Of a stretch of DNA of 64,000 bases, positions 32,826 through 43,013 are shown piece after piece. The stretch is from positions 8,699 through 72,698 of the forward strand of contig CACHDJ010000002.1 of assembly GCA_902578525.1 (NCBI GenBank), in the 5' to 3' direction. The notes under the pieces are model-generated. The model saw only the letters and a program-made list of their open reading frames with translations, made no database searches and was not told the DNA's origin. Source of the stretch: an uncultured Pelagibacteraceae bacterium (GTDB lineage: Bacteria; Pseudomonadota; Alphaproteobacteria; Pelagibacterales; Pelagibacteraceae). Numbering within the stretch: position 1 is the stretch's first letter; every line of letters begins with the position of its first letter. The translations under genes and the position numbers were made by a program.

Positions 32826-34685
32826 TTAAGAAGCTTTTTTCTTCTCGTTTTCATCTACAATATGATAGACGGGGACTTTCTCCATTGTAAACTTGCCAGT
32901 TTTGGGATCTCTTCTAGAAACAGTTAAACAATGCCAATTGTCATCATCTAATTTCATGTGATCTCCCCTATAGTAATATCCTGGCCATCTAGTTTCTTCT
33001 CTAAACATGGTGTGTTCCGTTACACATTGTGAAGTAAGGGCTCTATGCTTTAATTCCCATGCTCTCATAAGTTGATGATAATCTTCTGCACCTACATTTT
33101 CTAGATCTTCTTCTAACCAAGCTAATAATTCTAAACCTCTTTTAAGCATGTTTTCATTTGTCATGTAGTTTGTAGCTATACCACCAACATATTCGTCCAT
33201 GATTCTTTGAAGTCTTTGCAGACCTTGAATTGGGGATATATAACTTGGGGAAACTGTTCCACCAGTAATTTCATTTTGAGCTATCGTATAAGTATCTAAT
33301 GGTTTGTAAACTTTAGCTTTGAAATCGTCACATTGTTTATCTGTAACATTAATACCTTCAGCTTTTTGATCTTCAATATATTTTACAGCTGCTTTTGCTG
33401 CTAATCGACCTTCTGTAAATGATCCTGACGAAAATTTATGTGCACTTCCACCAACTGTATCTCCAGCACCAAATAACCCATCAATAGTTAACATTCTGTT
33501 ATAGCCCCAAAAGTATTCTGGTGGTGACAAATCTTCTGGTCCACTAACCCAGGCTCCTGAACATGTTGCGTGTGAACCCATCACGTATGGTTCTGATGTA
33601 GTTAACTCTGGATTTGTATATTTTGGATCAATATTTTGAGATGCCCAAACTACGGCTTGCCCGACAGTCATTCCTAGAAAATTTTCCCAACCTACTGTTT
33701 CTAAATGAGGATCTTGAAACGCTTCTGTTGTAACCATTTGAATTGGTCCACCGCCAGCAATTGTTTCTTGAATAAATGCATGGTTTCTTAAACATGTTGG
33801 AGTTGGGTGATGATCGATATATTCACCAACTAGCTCCTTAGTTTGATCGTACCATTTTTTCTCATAGTTTTCGCCATTTGCATTTTGAGTGTAAGTTTTT
33901 AGATGTAAAAAATATGCTCCAACTGGCCCATAGCCGTCTTTAAATCTACATAAAACAATTCTATTTTCCATTTGAGTCATTTTTGCACCTGCAGCAATAG
34001 GTAAAGCATAAGCCGAACCGTTACTCCAAGGTGCATACCAAGTTCTTCCCATGCCTTCACCAACTGCCCTTGGCTTGAATATATGAGATGCTCCTCCTGC
34101 AGCAACAATCACAGTTTTAGATCTAAACACATGAAAATCTCCTGTTCTCATATTAAATCCTACAGCTCCGCCCACTCTGTTTTCTTTTGCCTCATCCATT
34201 AAAAGATGAGTAATCATTATTCTATTATAAATTTTATCAGCTGATTTTTTTGCAGCTTCTGCAACGATGGGCTTATAGCTTTCACCATGAATCATAATTT
34301 GCCACTTGCCTTCTCTTAAATATCTTCCAGTTTTTTCATTTTTCATCATTGGCAAACCCCACTCATCAAACATATGAACTGTTGAGTCTACATGACGAGC
34401 CATGTCATATCCTAAATCCTCTCTAACCATTCCCATCAAATCATTACGAGCATATCTAACATGATCCTCTGGCTGATTTTCATCCCATTGCATTCCCATA
34501 TAGCAATTAATTGCATATAATCCCTGTGCAACAGCTCCACTTCTGTCGATATTTGCCTTTTCAACACAAACAATTTTTAAATCTCTTCCCCAATGTCTAG
34601 CTTCAAAAGTAGCACCAGTTCCTGCCATACCACCACCGACTACTAATACATCACATTCTTCAAAATGAGTTTTATGCTTAGCCAT
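32826..34685 (-). CDS. aprA: Adenylylsulfate reductase alpha subunit
   Basis: GGGMAG, RSGAVAQGL, WQIMIHGESYK, HKFSSGS, ETRWPGYYYR. Confidence 0.97.
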   Translation of the reverse strand: MAKHKTHFEECDVLVVGGGMAGTGATFEARHWGRDLKIVCVEKANIDRSGAVAQGLYAINCYMGMQWDENQPEDHVRYARNDLMGMVREDLGYDMARHVDSTVHMFDEWGLPMMKNEKTGRYLREGKWQIMIHGESYKPIVAEAAKKSADKIYNRIMITHLLMDEAKENRVGGAVGFNMRTGDFHVFRSKTVIVAAGGASHIFKPRAVGEGMGRTWYAPWSNGSAYALPIAAGAKMTQMENRIVLCRFKDGYGPVGAYFLHLKTYTQNANGENYEKKWYDQTKELVGEYIDHHPTPTCLRNHAFIQETIAGGGPIQMVTTEAFQDPHLETVGWENFLGMTVGQAVVWASQNIDPKYTNPELTTSEPYVMGSHATCSGAWVSGPEDLSPPEYFWGYNRMLTIDGLFGAGDTVGGSAHKFSSGSFTEGRLAAKAAVKYIEDQKAEGINVTDKQCDDFKAKVYKPLDTYTIAQNEITGGTVSPSYISPIQGLQRLQRIMDEYVGGIATNYMTNENMLKRGLELLAWLEEDLENVGAEDYHQLMRAWELKHRALTSQCVTEHTMFREETRWPGYYYRGDHMKLDDDNWHCLTVSRRDPKTGKFTMEKVPVYHIVDENEKKKAS

Positions 34686-35155
34686 TAATAGTAAACACCT
34701 TTTTTAAAAGAGTCTTTTGGAACAGAAGGTAGTTCTCCATTAGTATTTAAACCTTCTGGCTCAGTATAAAGTCTTTGAGAATTGATTTCACCTTGATTAG
34801 GTTTATCACCTTCAGCAAGTTTTGGAATAAATTTTCCCCAAGGTTTTGTTGTAATTGGAGATACAAAATTTTTTTCAGTCCCATTTCTAAATTTAATTTT
34901 CCAGGAAATTGTTCCTTTTTCTTCTTCTCTTCTTACTCTAACACTATGACCCATTGGTGCAAAGTCTGCATAACCTCTAACATCAATAGCATGATTTGGG
35001 CAAGCCTTGACGCAAGAATAACATTCCCAGCAAAAATTTGGTTCAATATTTTTAGCACGTCTAATATTTTCATCTATGTGCATAATATCTGACGGGCAAA
35101 TATCTACACAATGACCGCAGCCATCACATCTGGTCATGTATACAAAAGTTGACAT
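34685..35155 (-). CDS. aprB: Adenylylsulfate reductase beta subunit
   Basis: CDGCGHCVDICP, CWECYSCVKACP, RGYADF. Confidence 0.96.
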   Translation of the reverse strand: MSTFVYMTRCDGCGHCVDICPSDIMHIDENIRRAKNIEPNFCWECYSCVKACPNHAIDVRGYADFAPMGHSVRVRREEEKGTISWKIKFRNGTEKNFVSPITTKPWGKFIPKLAEGDKPNQGEINSQRLYTEPEGLNTNGELPSVPKDSFKKGVYY

Positions 35156-35187
35156 AATTTTAATTTTCTCCTTTTTTTAATAACATA

Positions 35188-35982
35188 TTAATAGTGTTTT
35201 GGCTCTTCTCTTTTTATACCCAGGCCAAATTGCTCAGGCGCGTCTGCTGGGGGTGGAAGATTGTCCCTTGATCCATCAGCTTCAGCTAAATTTTTTTGTA
35301 TAGCTGCACCAGGTTTGTAAAACATATGAGCAAATTTAGACCAGTAAACTCCGCCAAATAAAATTAGGTTAGAAGCAACAAATAAAGTTAAGAATAAATA
35401 TGATAACCCCATTTGACCATTAAATTGAGTATAAGACCAAGCTAATCCAAAAGTTGAACAAGCAAGTAACGCTAACACAAACAAATCTGCTTTAATAATT
35501 CTATACCAAGGATGGGCTTCAGCAGATACATCAACTCTTAAAAAAAACCAAAACCAGTATCCTCCAATACAAGTTAAAATAGCACCTATGTGCCAAAGCA
35601 TAGACCATGTTTCAGAATTTGCTTTCCCAGCCCCAGTAAAGCAGAAAACTAATACTGCTGAAGATATCCAAAATAAAATTGTTCCATACATTCCTAGGAC
35701 ATGAGCAAGTCTTCTTTTGCCAAAGCCTAGCTCTGATGTTGTTCCTATATCGACAACTGTTGTCTTTGCTATTATTGAGGTTTTTTCTCCAATACCTAAT
35801 TCTTTTGTAGCCGCTAACTTTGCTTTCTTTGCATTATTAAAAAAATATGTAAGATTTTTATGATGTATCATTTGAATTATTGTTCCAACAGCAATTAAAA
35901 TTATCATTGCAATTATAAAATATTGCATTGCTAAGGGTGAAACTAATTCTGATAAAATTGAAAAAGGATTTGTTGAAAGCAT
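35188..35982 (-). CDS. aprM: APS reductase membrane anchor
   Basis: Multi-TM, WFWFFLRVDV, WSKFAHMFYKP; upstream of aprB. Confidence 0.88.
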   Translation of the reverse strand: MLSTNPFSILSELVSPLAMQYFIIAMIILIAVGTIIQMIHHKNLTYFFNNAKKAKLAATKELGIGEKTSIIAKTTVVDIGTTSELGFGKRRLAHVLGMYGTILFWISSAVLVFCFTGAGKANSETWSMLWHIGAILTCIGGYWFWFFLRVDVSAEAHPWYRIIKADLFVLALLACSTFGLAWSYTQFNGQMGLSYLFLTLFVASNLILFGGVYWSKFAHMFYKPGAAIQKNLAEADGSRDNLPPPADAPEQFGLGIKREEPKHY

Positions 35983-36138
35983 ATTTTTTACCCTTGAAAT
36001 AAATTCAATTAATTTTAAGTTTTCTAATCTAGTTGATTATATAGTTCAACCAAAACTATTGGTCAATTTGTCATTAATAACAACTTAAAGTTAAGGTTTG
36101 TTATGTTGTTTTTTAGGTATTTTGGGTGTCTGAAGCTA

Positions 36139-36912
36139 TCAAAATCTATACTGATTGCAGTTAATAATCGCTGAGCTGTAATATTTTAAAAATTTTTTGA
36201 ATTGATTTAAACTTTTTCTTTTCCAACCAATCTTCTTAACTGTTTTAACAGAGGCTATGCCTTTGCCAGAACCAATTAATAATATTTCATCAAAATTATA
36301 TAATTCATTAATTAAAATATCTTTTTTAAAAATTTTTTTAACTTTAGATTTAAAAAATTTATAAGTGATTCCTTCATAATAATCTTTTTTAGGTGAATAT
36401 ATTTTATTATTTTTTATAAATAAAAGATTAGAAGTTCCAGACTCTAAAATTTTTTTCTTAGAAATAAGAGCAATATCTGATTTTGAATTATCCATTTTTT
36501 TTAAATGAAATAAAATTTTCTTATATTTCAAATTTTTATATTGAGGTTTTTCACGTTTCAAATTTACAAATTCTAAACTAAAATTTAGTTTAGGAGCTAC
36601 TCTTTTTCTTAAAGATATTGAAATAATTTTATTGTTTAGAGCAACTCTAAGTAAATGATTATAATTTTTTTTTTTACTTAAATTTTTATTGATAATTGTA
36701 ATTATATCTTTTTTAAGATATCTTTTTTTAATCCCAAATATTTGGAGCGATCTAATAAGATTTTTAATATGATTTTCAAAAAATAAAATCTTTGGTGGTT
36801 TACCAAAAATCCACATTGTTGTGAAAATACCATGATTGCCCCATAAATCTTTAAAATCTACTTCCTCTAAATCTTTAAGCAGATAGGATCTTTTTAATAA
36901 GTAAGTTGCCAT
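36139..36912 (-). CDS. Class IV PLP enzyme (aminodeoxychorismate lyase-like)
   Basis: GIFTTM, ESGTSNL, GIT; follows pabB/pabA-like genes. Confidence 0.75.
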   Translation of the reverse strand: MATYLLKRSYLLKDLEEVDFKDLWGNHGIFTTMWIFGKPPKILFFENHIKNLIRSLQIFGIKKRYLKKDIITIINKNLSKKKNYNHLLRVALNNKIISISLRKRVAPKLNFSLEFVNLKREKPQYKNLKYKKILFHLKKMDNSKSDIALISKKKILESGTSNLLFIKNNKIYSPKKDYYEGITYKFFKSKVKKIFKKDILINELYNFDEILLIGSGKGIASVKTVKKIGWKRKSLNQFKKFLKYYSSAIINCNQYRF

Positions 36913-37432
36913 TGTAAGTTAAAAATGACTCCGGGTGAAATTGAAATCCATAAATTTTATCTTTATTATTTTCAAAAGTCATTGCTACTTTTGATTCTAA
37001 ACATCTCATAGTTATCTCAAAATCTTTAGCTTTAAAAGGTTCTTTTAATTTTAAAGAGTGATAGCGACCTACTTTAAATTTTTTACCTTTTCTAAATAAA
37101 GATTTACTATTAGTAACTTGTATATTTGATTGAAAACCATGATAAATTTTTTTTTGTTCAACTATCTTAGCTCCTTCACAAAACAATATTTGCTGAAAAC
37201 CAAGACAAATACCAATAATCTTCTTTTTTCCTTTAAAACTTTTATATATTTTTGATGTTAATGGATAATTTTTTGGATTTCCTGGTCCAGGGGAAAAAAT
37301 AATAACTGAAGCCTTTTCAAGTTTATTTCTATCTAATTCATTGTAATTATTACACTCAACTTTGTCAAATAATGAAAATTGATGAACAACATTATGAGTA
37401 AATGAATCTTTATGGTCAATTATATAAATCAT
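36875..37432 (-). CDS. pabA: Aminodeoxychorismate/anthranilate synthase component II
   Basis: IDHKDSFT, SPGPG, GICLGFQ, RYHSL, QFHPES. Confidence 0.82.
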   Translation of the reverse strand: MIYIIDHKDSFTHNVVHQFSLFDKVECNNYNELDRNKLEKASVIIFSPGPGNPKNYPLTSKIYKSFKGKKKIIGICLGFQQILFCEGAKIVEQKKIYHGFQSNIQVTNSKSLFRKGKKFKVGRYHSLKLKEPFKAKDFEITMRCLESKVAMTFENNKDKIYGFQFHPESFLTYNGNLLIKKILSA

Positions 37433-38583
37433 TTAAAAAGATCAATTAATGCCTTTGCTTTAATATAATTTTCACTAAATTCATGATTAGCGTTGCTGTC
37501 AACAACTACACCTGAGGCTACAGAAATTTCAGAAATATTTTTAAAGTTTAAAATTGATCTTATAATAATATTAAATCTCATATCGCCATTAAATTTTATA
37601 TATCCAAAACTACCAGTATAAATATTTCTATTTTCTTTTTCTTGATTATTTAAAAGATTTAGGGTGTTTATTTTTGGACACCCAATAACAGATCCCCCTG
37701 GCATCATAGCCTTAATAATATCTATATTTTTAATATTTTTCTCTAACTTACCTTTAATCAAGCTAACATAATGAAAAAGATCTTTATACTCCTCTACAAC
37801 TTTAGATCTTGATAATTTAACTGAGCCAACCTTGCATATTCGAGATAAATCATTTCTTTCCATATCAACGATCATATTATGTTCTTTGGTTTCCTTAAGG
37901 TTTTTTCTAAAATAATTTAAAGCCTTTGCTTTATTCATATTTTTATTTTTTTTTACGGTTCCTGCTATAGGCTTTGTAGATATCAAAAAACCTTTTTTAG
38001 TTATTAAATTTTCTGGAGAACAGCTAATTACAGAATAGTTTTTATCCTTAATCATAAAAGCTTCAGGAGCTAAATTTGTTTTAGATAATCTACAAAAAAA
38101 ATCTAAAGGATTTATCTTTGATTTTGTTTTATACTTAGTACAAATCTTAATTTGATAAGTCTCACCACGTTTAATTTTTTTTTTAAAACTATCAAAAATT
38201 TTTACATAAGAATTTTTATCAATATTTATCTTAAAATTATCATGTTTAGAATTATATTTATTTTGATAATTAAGTTTATTACTAAGCTTTATTATTTTTT
38301 CAGGTTTATAAAAAATACCCTTAGGAAAATTAATATTTTTTTGCCTAGGTACTTTAATTTTAACTAGATTATTTAACAACTCATATCCCAAGAAACCTAT
38401 AAATAAATCCGTATTTTTTGATTTTCTTTTATATTTTGTGCTAAAAAAACTTTTAATATTTTTACTGTTTAAAATAATTTTTTTTGAGAAATTTGTATAT
38501 AAATCAAATCCCCTTTTGGATTTATAAATTATGTAAGGCTCTCCTGAATGATGCAAATCTGCTAATTGATTTTTTTTATTCAA
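37429..38583 (-). CDS. pabB: Chorismate-binding enzyme (PabB-like)
   Basis: SPE, TKPIAGT, EHNMIVDMERNDL, PGGSVIGCPK, NIIIRS. Confidence 0.82.
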   Translation of the reverse strand: MNKKNQLADLHHSGEPYIIYKSKRGFDLYTNFSKKIILNSKNIKSFFSTKYKRKSKNTDLFIGFLGYELLNNLVKIKVPRQKNINFPKGIFYKPEKIIKLSNKLNYQNKYNSKHDNFKINIDKNSYVKIFDSFKKKIKRGETYQIKICTKYKTKSKINPLDFFCRLSKTNLAPEAFMIKDKNYSVISCSPENLITKKGFLISTKPIAGTVKKNKNMNKAKALNYFRKNLKETKEHNMIVDMERNDLSRICKVGSVKLSRSKVVEEYKDLFHYVSLIKGKLEKNIKNIDIIKAMMPGGSVIGCPKINTLNLLNNQEKENRNIYTGSFGYIKFNGDMRFNIIIRSILNFKNISEISVASGVVVDSNANHEFSENYIKAKALIDLFK

Positions 38584-38584
38584 T

Positions 38585-39805
38585 TTATTCTGTTTTAAGT
38601 CTTAAAACTGGTTCTTCCTTAATCGGTAAATGTATTATTGCTGCAAAAACAGATAAAGCAATTGCTAAATACCACGCATAGTCATACGATCCGTAAAGAT
38701 CATGAAACAAGCCCCCTAAATATGCACCAAAAAATGATCCTATTTGATGACTTAGAAAAACAATTCCATATAAAAGACCTAAATATTTAGTTCCAAACAT
38801 ATGTGCTACAATTCCACTTGTAGCTGGAACAGTTGAAAGCCACAAAAAACCAAAACTAGCTCCAAATAAAAAAGCACTTAAATTACTCGCAGGTGTAAAT
38901 ATAAAAAGAATGATGGAAATTCCTCTAAGAAAATAAATTCCACTTAGAATAATCTTTTTACTCATTTTTGCTGAAAGATAACCGCTTAACAAAGACCCAA
39001 AAATATTGAATAAACCTATTAATGAAAGAATGGCGGCTGCAGTCCAGTTTTCTAATCCTCTATCAATGACATATTTAGGTACGTGAGTTCCAACTAAAGT
39101 TATATGAAAACCACAAACAAAAAACCCAAACACAAGTAAAATGTAACTTTTAGTTTTGAAAGCCTCTATGAGTGCCTCTTTTAATGATTGATCTGACAAT
39201 TTCTCGGCACTTTCGGACTCGGATGGAGATCTACAAAAGTATGCAGCAATTAAACCGGTTATTAAGAAAAGAGAAAAAATGAATAAGGTATAATTCCAAC
39301 CAAATTCAACTAAAGAATAATTTGTAAAAATTGGAGAAAGAAAATAACCAAAGGAGCCAACAGCAGTTACAAAACTCATTGCGATTGTTCTGGTAGAAAG
39401 TGGAAAATGCTTGCCAACAATTGACATAGGAATACTTATTGCTGTTCCACCCAGTCCAATTCCAATTAATAAACCCATATGGATTTGAAAGAAAATTCCA
39501 GTATTTGGGCCAGTGTATAAAAAATATGTACCTAAAGTATAAAATATAAATGCAGAAATTATTGCTATATGACCACCATATTTATCTGCTATTGCTCCAA
39601 AAATAGGTCCGGTTAAACCCCACATTAACATTTGTATACCAATAGCCAAACCAAAGGCAGTGTTACTAATATTCAAGCTTTCATTAAAATCCATAAAGAA
39701 CATGCCAAAAGTTTGTCTTACACCAAGTGAAATCAGTACTACAAAACATGCAGCTAATAATGTAATAACTGCCGTTTTAGATCGAAAGAAATTTTCCGAA
39801 GTCAT
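38585..39805 (-). CDS. MFS transporter
   Basis: 12 TM, GAIADKYG, CGFHITLV, WLSTVP, HQIGSF. Confidence 0.9.
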   Translation of the reverse strand: MTSENFFRSKTAVITLLAACFVVLISLGVRQTFGMFFMDFNESLNISNTAFGLAIGIQMLMWGLTGPIFGAIADKYGGHIAIISAFIFYTLGTYFLYTGPNTGIFFQIHMGLLIGIGLGGTAISIPMSIVGKHFPLSTRTIAMSFVTAVGSFGYFLSPIFTNYSLVEFGWNYTLFIFSLFLITGLIAAYFCRSPSESESAEKLSDQSLKEALIEAFKTKSYILLVFGFFVCGFHITLVGTHVPKYVIDRGLENWTAAAILSLIGLFNIFGSLLSGYLSAKMSKKIILSGIYFLRGISIILFIFTPASNLSAFLFGASFGFLWLSTVPATSGIVAHMFGTKYLGLLYGIVFLSHQIGSFFGAYLGGLFHDLYGSYDYAWYLAIALSVFAAIIHLPIKEEPVLRLKTE

Positions 39806-40977
39806 TTAAGGTGTCTTAATGCTTGTTTTATGTCTGCTATTAAGTCAATTGGATCTTCTAGACCAATATGAAATCGTACAAGATGTTCATCTTTTGCTAA
39901 ATTCATATACTTTCTTTTACCAGTTTCCCTAAATTCTTGATGAAGAGCTAAACTTTCAAAGCCGCCCCAACTGTAACCATAACCAAAGAGTTTTAAAGAA
40001 TTTACAAATTTTCTTACAGAATTTATATTTTTTGATTTTATTTTTAGACCCATCAAACCAGAAGCACCTGAATAGTATTTTTTCCACATCCTAAAATTAT
40101 AGGAATTTTTTTTATAAGGATAAAGTAACTTAATTTTTTTATTCTTGGATAAAAAAGCTGCAACTTTTTTTGCATTTTCCCTATGTCTATCTAATCTAAC
40201 ATCCAATGTTCTTAATCCTCTAGTAATTAAATATGCATCATCTGGTGCTAATCTTAAACCAGTAATTTTTTCTGCAATTTTTACCTTATTAAAAACTTTT
40301 TTACTTACTGCTAAACTTCCACCCATTACATCTGAATGTCCTGAATAATATTTAGTTGCAGACACAATCGACATATCGAAACCAAATTTAATTGGTTTAA
40401 AATAATATGGTGTCGCCCAAGTATTATCTATTGCTGTAATAATTTTATTTTTCTTAGCTATAGTTATTATTTTTCCTAAATCTTGAAATTCAAATGAGTT
40501 ACTTCCTGGATTCTCAACAAAAATTAATTTTGTTTTTTTTGTTATATTATTTTGTAATGTTTTCAAATTATGTGGATCATAAAAGACTGTTTTTATTTCA
40601 AATTCCTTTAAAAAATCTTGAGTTAACAATCTTGTAGGACTGTATACCGGATCAGCAACCAAAATTTCATCTCCAGGTCTAACAACACTAAATATTGCTA
40701 AAAATACAGATCCAAAACCTGTAGGTGTTGTAAAAACATGATAACTTTCTTCTAATTTTGTTAAAATTTTTTGTAATATATGAGTCGTAGATGTTCCCTG
40801 TCTTCCATAATCATAATGACCGCCAGTAGGATTTTTTTGTGATTTTGCTTGAGTATTTCTTAGATGTTTCATCGACTTAAAGATAATCGTTGAAGCCCTT
40901 ACAACAGGAGGGTTTACTGACTGGTTATGAAAGTCTTTTGCTGTATGTTTTAAAAATGTTTTAAAAGAATTTGACAT
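39802..40977 (-). CDS. metC: Cystathionine beta-lyase
   Basis: VNPPVVRAST, YGRQGT, DNTWAT, SATKYYSGHSD, GYSWGGFESL. Confidence 0.9.
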   Translation of the reverse strand: MSNSFKTFLKHTAKDFHNQSVNPPVVRASTIIFKSMKHLRNTQAKSQKNPTGGHYDYGRQGTSTTHILQKILTKLEESYHVFTTPTGFGSVFLAIFSVVRPGDEILVADPVYSPTRLLTQDFLKEFEIKTVFYDPHNLKTLQNNITKKTKLIFVENPGSNSFEFQDLGKIITIAKKNKIITAIDNTWATPYYFKPIKFGFDMSIVSATKYYSGHSDVMGGSLAVSKKVFNKVKIAEKITGLRLAPDDAYLITRGLRTLDVRLDRHRENAKKVAAFLSKNKKIKLLYPYKKNSYNFRMWKKYYSGASGLMGLKIKSKNINSVRKFVNSLKLFGYGYSWGGFESLALHQEFRETGKRKYMNLAKDEHLVRFHIGLEDPIDLIADIKQALRHLK

Positions 40978-40985
40978 AAAAAAAA

Positions 40986-41020
40986 TTGATAACTCCTTAG
41001 GACAATGCTATATCCCGCTG
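40986..41020 (+). promoter_or_regulatory. Putative sigma70 promoter for the 27-aa basic ORF
   Basis: TTGATA(40986-91)-N17-TATATC(41009-14) preceded by TGC and followed by GC-rich CCGC. Confidence 0.5.
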
Positions 41021-41053
41021 ATAATTTCAATTAAATTATAATTAAAGGATAAA

Positions 41054-41137
41054 ATGGGTTACCCAAAAAAACATAGAGGCCGAAGAAAACAGGGGTCTAA
41101 AAAAAGAAGAGCAAAAAGAAAAAATAAGAAGAAGTAA
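41054..41137 (+). CDS. Tiny K/R-rich protein, 27 aa (not in ORF track)
   Basis: MGYPKKHRGRRKQGSKKRRAKRKNKKK; SD-like AAAGGA just upstream; stop 5 nt before the next ATG. Confidence 0.72.
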   Translation: MGYPKKHRGRRKQGSKKRRAKRKNKKK

Positions 41138-41142
41138 CTCTA

Positions 41143-41853
41143 ATGGAGCAAATCAATAAGGTTAAGTCCATTAGTATATGGATTTTTATTGTGCCTTTTT
41201 TTGCAGTAAATGCCTGTTTAATTCTTACAACTCAATTTCACGAATTAAATTTAATACCTCATCAACATAAAATTTCTTATCCCTTTCCATATATAGATGG
41301 GGGAGTTTCAATTAGTAGAACTGCAAGATATTTTCCGACTTATTTAATTTTTAAACCAGCGATGTTTTTGACTTCTTATCTTTTAATCATCTACTGGTTA
41401 AACAATAGAAGAATTATAGATTATTTCGATACTGAGAATAAATACAAAAATAAAATTGTATATTTCGGTATTGCTTCCGCAATCGCATTAATATTTCACT
41501 CTATATTTCTTGGAGTGAAATTTGATAATGATATATATAAATTATTTAGAAGAGTAATTATGTTTGTATTTATTATCTTTGAAATAGTTGCCCAAGCTTA
41601 TTTAGTAGCAGCGTTATATTCAATAAAAAATAAAATTTTTCAACACATTAATAAGAATATTTTAAAACTTAAATTTTTTTTAGTAAGCACACTTATCGTT
41701 GTTGCTATTATAAGTATTCCAATAATTAGTTTACCTGGAGATGATTTTTATGGAATAAATCTAAAATATTTAAAACATGCTTTGGAATGGGATTATTTTA
41801 TAGGAGTGATATCTTTTTATCTTTTAACTTTTATGATGTGGAAAAAAAGTTAA
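41143..41853 (+). CDS. Hypothetical multi-TM membrane protein
   Basis: About 6 TM, PYIDGGVSISRTAR, LEW near the C-terminus. Confidence 0.75.
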   Translation: MEQINKVKSISIWIFIVPFFAVNACLILTTQFHELNLIPHQHKISYPFPYIDGGVSISRTARYFPTYLIFKPAMFLTSYLLIIYWLNNRRIIDYFDTENKYKNKIVYFGIASAIALIFHSIFLGVKFDNDIYKLFRRVIMFVFIIFEIVAQAYLVAALYSIKNKIFQHINKNILKLKFFLVSTLIVVAIISIPIISLPGDDFYGINLKYLKHALEWDYFIGVISFYLLTFMMWKKS

Positions 41854-42972
41854 TTAGTTTATAATCCATCCGCCACCCAAAACTTTGTATCCTAGATGGT
41901 CTAAATTATAAAAAACACATGCTTGGCCAGGGGAAATTCCATCTTCAAATTCTTTAAGAGTAACCTCAGCAGAGTTATTTTCTTTTAAATCTATTTTAGC
42001 ATTTAATAGTTTCCCTGTAGATCTTATTTTTACTAGAACTTCCTTTTTCAAATCATTTTTTTTTACCAACAAATTTAAATTATTTATATTAATTTTTTTT
42101 TTACCAAGTTTGTCTCTAGGGCCCACTATAATTTCATTTTTGACAGAGTCTATTTTAAGAACATATAAAGGTTCTGTATCAGAAACTTTAATTCCTTTTC
42201 TTTGACCAATAGTAAAATTAATAATTCCTTCATGAACACCCACTACCTTACCTTCTAAATTTTTTATATTTCCTTTTTTAAAAGATTCGGGTCTAAATTT
42301 TCTAATTACTGATGCATAGTCTCCATTAGGAACAAAACATATATCTTGGCTATCTGGTTTATCAGCAACGTTTAAGTTTAATTCCTTCGCTATCAACCTT
42401 GTTTCATCTTTGACCATTCCTCCAAGAGGAAACCTCAAATAATTCAATTGTTCTCTAGTAGTATTAAATAAAAAATAACTTTGATCACGATTTTCATCAA
42501 CAGCACGATACATGTTGGTTTCATTGCCAGACGTGATACTTTTTACATAATGTCCAGTAACTAAAGCATCCGCTTTAAGCTCTTTAGCAACATAAAATAA
42601 ATCTTTGAATTTCACAGTTTGATTACACTGAACGCAAGGTATTGGGGTTTCACCCTTCAAATAACTCTCCACAAAATTATCAATTACTCCTTGTTTAAAT
42701 TTGTCCTGATAATATAAAATTCTATGTTCTATACCAAGTTTGTTTGCAACTCTTTTTGCATCCATAATATCTTGACCAGAGCAACACTGTTTCGAGGAAG
42801 CAACTTCTTTACCATCATCATAAAGTTTTAAAGTTATTCCAATAACTTTAAAACCCTCTTTTTTCATAATACCTGCAACGGTGGATGAATCTACACCCCC
42901 TGACATTGCAACAACGACTGTGGTATCTGATGGCTTTTTCTTAAAGCCGATAGAATTTAAATCTTTATTCAT
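41854..42972 (-). CDS. mnmA: tRNA 2-thiouridylase
   Basis: [49 protein letters not shown]. Confidence 0.97.
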   Translation of the reverse strand: MNKDLNSIGFKKKPSDTTVVVAMSGGVDSSTVAGIMKKEGFKVIGITLKLYDDGKEVASSKQCCSGQDIMDAKRVANKLGIEHRILYYQDKFKQGVIDNFVESYLKGETPIPCVQCNQTVKFKDLFYVAKELKADALVTGHYVKSITSGNETNMYRAVDENRDQSYFLFNTTREQLNYLRFPLGGMVKDETRLIAKELNLNVADKPDSQDICFVPNGDYASVIRKFRPESFKKGNIKNLEGKVVGVHEGIINFTIGQRKGIKVSDTEPLYVLKIDSVKNEIIVGPRDKLGKKKININNLNLLVKKNDLKKEVLVKIRSTGKLLNAKIDLKENNSAEVTLKEFEDGISPGQACVFYNLDHLGYKVLGGGWIIN

Positions 42973-43013
42973 TAGGTGGTATTTATACTTATTTACAATA
43001 TAAGTTAAATTAA

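Noticed and set aside
36032-36103. IRs upstream of aprM (GTTGA-N9-TCAAC; ATAACAA..TTGTTAT)
   Set aside because: Short and AT-rich, so plausible by chance; the second is at best a weak terminator
31265-38583. Extreme Lys/Asn/Ile richness of the GalE-like and pab genes as a sign of foreign origin or decay
   Set aside because: Frames are intact with motifs retained; explained by genome-wide AT bias
40978-41035. Hairpin plus U-tract before metC as a SAM riboswitch or attenuator
   Set aside because: Can fold (GGGAUA/UGUCCU within AAUUGA/UCAAUU) but matches no SAM-II, SAM-V or SAM-SAH consensus I know; better explained as the opposite-strand promoter. Not fully excluded
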